From an uncultured delta proteobacterium (GTDB lineage: Bacteria > Myxococcota_A > Polyangia > Fen-1088): a stretch of 64,000 nt of DNA. Within the stretch, counting starts at the first letter, position 1; each line of letters opens with the position of its first letter. Below the pieces are notes generated by a model. It had not been told where the DNA came from and did not search any database. It saw only the letters and a list, made by a program, of their open reading frames with translations. Of this stretch, positions 29,001 to 34,776 are shown in pieces. Location: contig CAWGPW010000016.1 of assembly GCA_963824555.1 (NCBI GenBank), positions 291,109 to 355,108 of the forward strand. Reading direction: 5' to 3'. The translations under genes and the position numbers were made by a program.

Positions 29001-30022
29001 AGCAGGTTTCCCAAATCCGCCGTCGCGCCAAGGTCGAAGTGGGGCTGCTGGGCGGGCATCGTTCGCGACGACACCACGATGACCGCCACCAGCCGCCGCT
29101 CGCCCGTGGCCACCAGCAACGAGGCGCCCGCGGGCGCGCGGCGCTCCTTGGGGGCCAAGGGGAAGAAGCCGGTGGTCTTCAGCTCCACGGTGACGTTGCC
29201 GAGCTCGCCCAGGACGTCGAGCATGGTCGAGGGACGATCGCCGGGCCGCTTGGCCAGCATGCGGCGAAGCAGGTCGGTCAGACGCGGCGGCACGCCCACG
29301 CACCTCGCCTCTACGTCCACGGTCTCGTCGGCGGTGATTCTGGCCAGGGTTCCGGTGGTGCTATCGGCCATGAAGGGCGGGGTGCCAGTCAAGCACTCGA
29401 AGAAGACACAGCCGAGCGAGAACACGTCGGCGCGCGCGTCGACGTCCAGCGATCCCTGTGCCTGTTCGGGCGACATGTACATGGGCGTCCCCAGGGCCGA
29501 GCCCGCCTGGGTCAGGCGCAGCGAGGCCGGGTCGAACAGGCGGCGCGCGATGCCGAAATCGAGCAACTTGATTTTGGAAACGTCCTTGGCAGGCAGGAAG
29601 ATGTTGGCGGGCTTGATGTCCCGGTGGATGACCCCGTGCTGGTGGGCCACGGCCAGGGCTTCCGCGACCCGGCGGATCATGCGCACCGTGGCGCCCAGGT
29701 TGATGGAACCGCGGGCCAGCCGGTCCTCGAGAGTCTCGCCATCGAGCCATTCCATAACCAGGTAGTGCTCGCCGTGGGCAGTCTTGCCGTGCGCGATATA
29801 ACGCACGATGGCCGGATGGGCGATGGCAGCCAGGCAGTTCGCCTCTTGCTGAAAACGCTCGCCAAGCTGCGACCCAAAGCCGGACGATATCTTCACCGCC
29901 ACGGTTTCGCCGGTGGATAGATCGACGCCCCGGTAGACCATGCCCATGCCGCCCGCGACGCGGTCGCCTTGCAGTCGAAATCGACCGTCGATCTCTCGGG
30001 GCATGTCATCCGATGGCAACAC
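26054..30022 (-). CDS. Ser/Thr kinase / cyclase-like / STAND (AAA_16-like) ATPase / TPR protein, paralog 1 (intact, 1322 aa)
   Basis: Kinase motifs: GGMGMVYRG, AVKI, HRDIKPANIF, DFG, GTPMYMSPE. Walker A GSAGCGKSRV and Walker B FLLLEDLHWGD. Long TPR-like C-terminus. GTG start at 30022; the alternative ATG at 30004 gives MPREIDG. Confidence 0.9.
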   Translation of the reverse strand: MLPSDDMPREIDGRFRLQGDRVAGGMGMVYRGVDLSTGETVAVKISSGFGSQLGERFQQEANCLAAIAHPAIVRYIAHGKTAHGEHYLVMEWLDGETLEDRLARGSINLGATVRMIRRVAEALAVAHQHGVIHRDIKPANIFLPAKDVSKIKLLDFGIARRLFDPASLRLTQAGSALGTPMYMSPEQAQGSLDVDARADVFSLGCVFFECLTGTPPFMADSTTGTLARITADETVDVEARCVGVPPRLTDLLRRMLAKRPGDRPSTMLDVLGELGNVTVELKTTGFFPLAPKERRAPAGASLLVATGERRLVAVIVVSSRTMPAQQPHFDLGATADLGNLLARRLSDAEFDEARLDRLAGDIAAFGAHIRRLANGGLVVSMTGEAQSTPLDLAVRSARCALKVKLARPDSSLGISLGHAIKEDELRTEHLVDSAVHLVSKQHLGSIHISEEMKRLLDARFEIVVEPDGRARLLFEKGLREAPRTVLGKEIPCIGRDREIRELDSLFEACVEEPQAQAVVLSGSAGCGKSRVVYEFLERKRDSGHGFELLIGRGDPMRINVSLGLVGQAVRGAAGITGTEPDEVQRKRLQAHTSRFLPAKSADTTAAFLGEITNIRFPDDELPQLQAARRDARLMADQTMAAWVDWLEAEAGHHPVFLLLEDLHWGDFASVNYIDSALRVLRDKPLMVLALARPEVDERFYGLWRERHVQRISLPPLGKRAEQEFVRRVLGDVASEKMDWLLDHAQGNPFYLEELVRAAAAGGELAQIPDTVLGTVQVRFDAVGEGSKLVVRAASIFGQSFSAAGVKALVDDMADEDVDRWLEILVSKEILFSRPVGATRQHVFRHALLHQAAYAMLSPKEEVNGHYLAGDFLEEQGDRDAIVLADHFEKGQKPERAVPWLRVAANQAMEVDDLKAALDRVERGVRLGAQGDDLAELRIVESEARYWKGEYVEAERAAREGRKCEDPKLALRATSALIMGLGSQAKYEEIGKLAADLEERPVQSELLNAWVECKYSSAAFLATTGQLELRERTLELLEAERSNLDPILVGRTESIRAHLAGAAGRPGDQTIGFLRAWKFFENAGHLRAGTMALGNASVALMEMGQLEEAEVHARKLWAIAERMGLNHLLGGTLYLLSNVLAYQGRLVEARGFGERAIKRTTETGDKFFGSFARLYLSVIEYLAQDYPAAESHARFALAMLDNNPSSRPFALALLARSLCGQGKIEEALLCAREAHSCLDVLGQVQDGEATVRLALAECLMASSDFSAAKEVIGKAVGRLRMQATNIDNSDWRASFLARIPEHKRTVELAHQLLSTAELKVLDS

Positions 30023-30248
30023 GGTAAATCTCGGGGTCAGTCTAGAAACGAGTCCATCCAGGGGAGTTTATCCCCGATGTCGCGTTCTGCGAACATACTG
30101 GCTCGACACATACTGGCTCGTCGCAGTGGCCCAAAGTGCCTCCGGCGGCGCAGACAAGTGTTTCCGTGCTGGCGTTCCGGCGGCGAAAATCGCGATTTTA
30201 CGTCCGAACGGCGCTGCCTTGCCCTTCCGGTGGTTACCGCCACGCGTC

Positions 30249-30407
30249 TGGTCCCACTCCGAGGGTACTTTTCTGGTCCTCTGGTCCCACTCTTTCTGCT
30301 GGTCCCACTCCGAGGGTACTTTTCTGGTCCTCTGGTCCCACTCCGAGGGTACTCTTGAGGCAACTACCCCACTGGTCCCACTCCGAGGGTACTCTTGAGG
30401 CAACTAC
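30249..30407. repeat. Tandem array of TGGTCCCACTCCGAGGGTACT (4 full copies plus 1 partial) in 33-bp and 40-bp units
   Basis: Full copies start at 30249, 30300, 30333 and 30373, with a partial at 30282. Read directly. Confidence 0.85.
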
Positions 30408-30643
30408 TTCAGCGCCCGTCCGAGACTGGATGATAGGCTTACAGTTTTCGTGAAAGGCGTCGGTACCGCGACGACAAACGCGAAGGGGATTTCGGGGTCT
30501 TCTGGAAATGTGGCTCCTCGCCTTGCCCGTCTTGTGTGCGCATCCGATTGGCTCGGCAGTCTTTGGGCCGCAGCAACATTCAGGCCTGTGCCAGGCCGCG
30601 GTGGTGTCGCCTGGTCGCCTTCGAGGGGAGCAGTGTGCGCCGG

Positions 30644-31594
30644 CTATGCAGGTGCGGGATTCGGCGCCGGGTCTCGGGTTGCTGCCTCGACTGCCTCGGC
30701 AGCTTCGCAGGCAACTCTGGCGATTTTCCGCATCCAGTAGGTTCCAAATGGAAACAGCACGTTTGCGAGCCCAGCGACGTGGGCCAAGAACGCCGCTCGG
30801 TACTTCTCGAGAAAGCCGCGATTGCGAAGCAGGGCCTCGATCCTCGCCCATTTGTTCTTGGCGGCGATTTGCGGGCTCATCTGAAAGCGAGGCGCGTGGC
30901 CAGACGGACAATCAGACGGCTTCTGGCGGAGAAGGCGTTCGCGGCCAAGCACGGTAATGCCTTGGGTCGTTCGTCTTTGCCGGTGGTCGGCCTCTTTGGC
31001 CCGGACGCGCTCGGTGATGAGGGTGGCCCACTGGCTTGACTCGAGATCCTCGAAGCCATGAGGCCTGGCAATGCGCAGGCTGATGACTTCGGGCATGCCA
31101 CCGTCGTCGCGGAAGAAGTGCTTGGGGCGCGTGGCGGTGATGCATCCACCGGAGAGGGTGGCGTCGAACGTGGCGACGCCTGGCCATTCCTCGACGGTGT
31201 CGACCAAATCGGCCGCGGAGGGATTGGTAAAGGCGTAGGTCATCTTCTCGATGATGTCGTCGGCTTCGACCAGCCTGACAACCGAGGTCGCTTCGGAAGA
31301 CCAGAAGTTCTCGAATCGGCCGAGGTGCGCGTTTTGGCAGCGGGCGAGAAGGCCGTGGAAGTGCTCGGTGAAGATAGGGAAATTGCCGTCGGGGTCGTGA
31401 ATGCCTGTGTGGTGATGGTTCGACATGGCGACCGAGAAGGTGACCTGGACATTCGCACGTTGGGCAGCCAAACCGAGGCAATAGATGAAGGCGTTGTTCG
31501 TGTCCTCGTCGGGGTGCAGGAAGAAGCGCCGCTCGGAACAGCGGCGGGTTATCATGTAGTCACAACCGGGCACGACTTGGCGAGGGAGGGTCAT
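30644..31594 (-). CDS. Y1 HUH transposase (IS200/IS605-like or REP-associated tyrosine transposase)
   Basis: MTLPRQVVPGCDYMITRRCSERRFFL…, an HUH-like MSNHHHTGI, and a catalytic-Tyr region MTYAFTNPSAADLV (Y-x3-NP). Confidence 0.75.
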   Translation of the reverse strand: MTLPRQVVPGCDYMITRRCSERRFFLHPDEDTNNAFIYCLGLAAQRANVQVTFSVAMSNHHHTGIHDPDGNFPIFTEHFHGLLARCQNAHLGRFENFWSSEATSVVRLVEADDIIEKMTYAFTNPSAADLVDTVEEWPGVATFDATLSGGCITATRPKHFFRDDGGMPEVISLRIARPHGFEDLESSQWATLITERVRAKEADHRQRRTTQGITVLGRERLLRQKPSDCPSGHAPRFQMSPQIAAKNKWARIEALLRNRGFLEKYRAAFLAHVAGLANVLFPFGTYWMRKIARVACEAAEAVEAATRDPAPNPAPA

Positions 31595-31636
31595 GCGTGG
31601 GTTCTCGGAAGCGCGGCCAGGAAAGTTGCGCGCAGA

Positions 31637-31785
31637 AGTACCCTCGGAAGGAGTCTACGAAAGGGGTCTAAAGGTAGACATGAGAGGTACCCTCGGAAGG
31701 GGTCTGGAAGAGGAGGGAGGAGGAGGGTCTACAGGAAGGCAGTACCCTCGGAAGGGGTCTAGGGGGAAGGGGTCTAGGGGTCTAG
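31637..31785. repeat. Three spaced copies of (A)GTACCCTCGGAAGG(A/G)GTCT plus GGGGTCT sub-repeats
   Basis: Copies at 31637, 31687 and 31741, about 50 bp apart, inverted relative to the left array. Confidence 0.8.
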
Positions 31786-31952
31786 CGTTCCGTCCAGGCC
31801 AACGGCATCGTGTCATTCGGTCCCCATGACGGAAATCTGATGCCGTGGAAATGAATGCTCACGCGATTGCGAGGGATTCGCTCCCAAGTCATCCACCTTT
31901 GGATCGGCACGGTGATTGCTGAGTCTCGGTTGGTAAGAAGAAGGAGATTCCA

Positions 31953-32855
31953 ATGCCCAGGATGTCAACGGCCGTCGTGCCGATCTTCATAGTCAGCTTG
32001 ACTGGGTTGGCTTGTACCGACCAATCGGGCCTGAATTTGCGTGATGATGGCGGTGGCCAGCTTGCTGGAGGAAGTGGCGGCAATGCCGGCGGCGGAGGCG
32101 GGAGCCAGTCTGGTAGCGGAGGAATGCAATCGGGCTCGGGTGGAATCAGTGGCACCGGGGGATGTATCCCGCCTCCGTGCGCTTTGCTCGATTGCCCGTA
32201 CGGCTATGCGCCATCCAGTTCTCCCTGCGGCTGTGGCCAGTGCGTGCCGCCACCCGACGCTGGCGCCGGTGGAGCGGGCCTGGGGGGCGCCATCGGTTCC
32301 GGCGGGACGGGCCCGGGCGGGACAAGCTCTGGTGGAGCGGGAGGCACGACCTCATGCTCCACGGCCGTGTGCTTCTTGCCCGCCTGCGTGGGGGGCGAGT
32401 TTCAGCCGAACCCGGACGACACCTGTGGTTGTCCCATCTGTGTCACCGACGGCGGGGCGGCGATGGACGGAGGGAAGCAGGACGCGGCGGCCGATAGCAG
32501 CCCTCACGTCTGCGGCCCGGTCTGCGACATCTACTGCCAATACGGCAATGTGATGGATCCCTCGGGTTGCCCGACTTGCCAGTGCAAACCGGCTCCGACA
32601 TGTCCAGCCGGATCGCACGCGGTGACCTGTTCCACCGCCACGGCGTGTACGCTCGACTGCAGCGAGTATCAACGCGGGGCCGACGGCTGTCAGCGGTGCG
32701 CGTGCAAAACGCCGGCAACCTGCGCGCTTCCCGGAGAGGCCGCATGTATCTACTGTCCGTTCGGCTACCGAGCCGGTCCCGGCGGGTGCATCACCTGCTC
32801 GTGCGCGGATCCGCCGATTGGTTGCGCCGCCGATTCCAGCGACGCTGGTGCGTAA
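31953..32855 (+). CDS. Cys-rich lipoprotein with five antistasin-like modules
   Basis: AAGAAGGAGAT SD sequence and lipobox LTGLAC. Repeated C…G…D/P..GC..C.C modules: CPYGYAPSSSPCGCGQC, CVGGEFQPNPDDTCGCPIC, CQYGNVMDPSGCPTCQC, CSEYQRGADGCQRCAC, CPFGYRAGPGGCITCSC. Confidence 0.7.
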   Translation: MPRMSTAVVPIFIVSLTGLACTDQSGLNLRDDGGGQLAGGSGGNAGGGGGSQSGSGGMQSGSGGISGTGGCIPPPCALLDCPYGYAPSSSPCGCGQCVPPPDAGAGGAGLGGAIGSGGTGPGGTSSGGAGGTTSCSTAVCFLPACVGGEFQPNPDDTCGCPICVTDGGAAMDGGKQDAAADSSPHVCGPVCDIYCQYGNVMDPSGCPTCQCKPAPTCPAGSHAVTCSTATACTLDCSEYQRGADGCQRCACKTPATCALPGEAACIYCPFGYRAGPGGCITCSCADPPIGCAADSSDAGA

Positions 32856-32965
32856 TTCTCTTTTCGTCACGTCCCCAAGGGCATTGGGGCCCTTTGCTGT
32901 GATCGCTGTCGCTTTGATTCGATTCGCGGCAAGGGTACCATCGTGGGTATGCTTGGGAGCAGATC

Positions 32966-33583
32966 ATGAAAGAGCGAGATATCCGAGACCACATCAACGC
33001 CTTTCTCCGAACTAGGCTCCAGAATTTGGTGGTGCCCGCTTCGATGGGGATCGGTCTTGCCTTGGGGGCGTGCAACACTTCGGCGCTGCAATCCAACCTG
33101 GACGGCTCCGGGGACGCTTCAGCCATCCAGCCCAGCTCCGGTGGTACCGGTGGTGGCTTGACCGGGGCGGGTGGATCGCTCTACGGGCTCGGAGGATCGA
33201 CGAACCCCGGCCATGGGGGATCCGGTGGCTCCGCGGGTGCCGGCGGTGCCGCTGGTTCGGGTGGTGGCTTGGCCGGGACGAGCGGAACGGCCTACGGGCT
33301 CGGAGGATCGACAATCCCCCGCTCGGGCGGTGCCGGCGGTGGCTTGACCGGAGCGGGCGGCATGGTTTACGGAACGGGAGGATTCAGCTCCCCTCGCTCG
33401 GGTGGTGCCGGTGGCGGCTTGGCCGGGGCGAGCGGAACGGTGTATGGAATGCCGGGATTCAAAGACGCCGGCCCGGACAGTGGTGGCAACGCGATCGATT
33501 CTGGGGTCATTCCCGAGGCGGGCAAGGGCGAGGCGGGGCACAGTCCAGACATGTCGCCCCCCGACGGATTTGTGAATGAGTAG
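32966..33583 (+). CDS. Gly-rich repeat lipoprotein, candidate radical-SAM substrate
   Basis: Lipobox LALGAC. Four repeats of GG(A/T)GGGL(T/A)G(A/T)(G/S)G.(L/A/V)YG(L/T/M)(G/P)G(S/F)…, each with a single Tyr (aa 73, 110, 135, 160). Ends 43 nt before the rSAM gene. Confidence 0.7.
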   Translation: MKERDIRDHINAFLRTRLQNLVVPASMGIGLALGACNTSALQSNLDGSGDASAIQPSSGGTGGGLTGAGGSLYGLGGSTNPGHGGSGGSAGAGGAAGSGGGLAGTSGTAYGLGGSTIPRSGGAGGGLTGAGGMVYGTGGFSSPRSGGAGGGLAGASGTVYGMPGFKDAGPDSGGNAIDSGVIPEAGKGEAGHSPDMSPPDGFVNE

Positions 33584-33626
33584 ACCGTGCTCTTCGGCGC
33601 CGTCCCGCGCTTGATCGAGAAGAACC

Positions 33627-34769
33627 GTGATCGAAGTTTTGCAGCAGGTCGGATTCTTTCCCCACACTTGCGTGTGGGAGCTGACACTCGCGTGCAATAT
33701 GCGGTGCAAGCACTGCGGCTCCGTAGCCGGCAGGCGGCGTGCGGACGAGCTGTCGCTCGACGAGTGTCTGCGTGTGGCTGGCGAATTGGTGGCGCTGGGA
33801 TGCCAGCGCATCACCCTGATCGGCGGCGAGCCAATCCTCTACCCGGGCTGGCACGAAGTGGCCAGGCGTCTGGTCGAGCTGGGAGCTCAGGTCAACATGA
33901 TCTCGAACGGCCTGATCTGGTCGCCCAAACATCTCGACCAAGCGAAGGAGGCGGGCCTGTGCGCGGTGGGCTTCAGCCTCGACGGTTTCGAGAAGGAGCA
34001 TGACGCGTTCCGGGTGCCTGGCTCGTTCGAGCGGGTGGTGCACGCCATCGACATGTGCGTGGCGGCCGGCATGCGGACGGCGGTAAACACGACCATCAAC
34101 CGGCTCAATCAAGGCCTCATCGAGGAGATGCGCACCTTCTTGATGGAGCACGGGGTTTTCGCCTGGCAACCGCAGCTGGCCACCGCCGCGGGAAACATGG
34201 GAGAGCACCGCGATCTGCTCGTGCGTCCAGAAGATTTGTTGTGGCTGGTGCCGAAGATAGCGGAGCTGTGCCGGATCGATTGTCCGGAATTCGAGATCTG
34301 CGTAGGCCACAACATCGGCTACTTCGGCAATCCCGAATCGGCCCTGCGCGCCGCGGACATCGCCCTCCCCTTCTGGCTCGGGTGCAGAGCCGGTTGCCAA
34401 GTGATCGGGATCGAGAGTGGCGGAGATGTGAAGGGCTGTCTGTCCTTGCCCTCGTCGGTGCACGGCGAGCACCGCTTTGTCGAAGGCAATGTGAAGGAGA
34501 AGAGCCTGCCCGACATTTGGAATCGCGCGGATGCTTTCGCGTACAACCGGCTCTTCCAAGAACGGCAACTGCGCGGCTTCTGCCGCGTTTGTCGCTTTCG
34601 CGATGTGTGTCGCGGCGGCTGCAGTTGGGCTATCTATGCCCAAGGTGGCGGCGGAAACGAGCAGTGCTTCTATCACCAGGCGGTCAAGCACGGGCGCTTC
34701 GATCTGCTCGCCGAGGTGCCGACCGCGGACGAGAAGAGTTACTTCGAGAGCAGCATACCGGCGCGTTGA
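33627..34769 (+). CDS. Radical SAM enzyme with a full SPASM domain (peptide/protein-modifying maturase type)
   Basis: CNMRCKHC (Cx3Cx2C). SPASM elements: CQVIGIESGGDVKGC (…Gx4C) and CRVCRFRDVCRGGC (Cx2Cx5Cx3C), plus a distal Cys (NEQC). Confidence 0.9.
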   Translation: MIEVLQQVGFFPHTCVWELTLACNMRCKHCGSVAGRRRADELSLDECLRVAGELVALGCQRITLIGGEPILYPGWHEVARRLVELGAQVNMISNGLIWSPKHLDQAKEAGLCAVGFSLDGFEKEHDAFRVPGSFERVVHAIDMCVAAGMRTAVNTTINRLNQGLIEEMRTFLMEHGVFAWQPQLATAAGNMGEHRDLLVRPEDLLWLVPKIAELCRIDCPEFEICVGHNIGYFGNPESALRAADIALPFWLGCRAGCQVIGIESGGDVKGCLSLPSSVHGEHRFVEGNVKEKSLPDIWNRADAFAYNRLFQERQLRGFCRVCRFRDVCRGGCSWAIYAQGGGGNEQCFYHQAVKHGRFDLLAEVPTADEKSYFESSIPAR

Positions 34770-34776
34770 CCTCCGG

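Larger units (their letters stand above)
30249..31785. mobile_element. IS200/RAYT-like HUH transposase unit flanked by inverted repeat arrays
   Basis: The left array carries TCCGAGGGTACT. The right array carries its reverse complement AGTACCCTCGGA. The transposase gene lies between them. Confidence 0.65.

Noticed and set aside
30249-30407. Possible CRISPR array suggested by regularly spaced 21-bp repeats.
   Set aside because: The 'spacers' are only 12-19 bp and are themselves repeated (TTTCTGGTCCTC, CTTGAGGCAACTAC). There are no cas genes, and the same core occurs inverted on the other side of a transposase. This is a tandem/REP-like repeat, not CRISPR.
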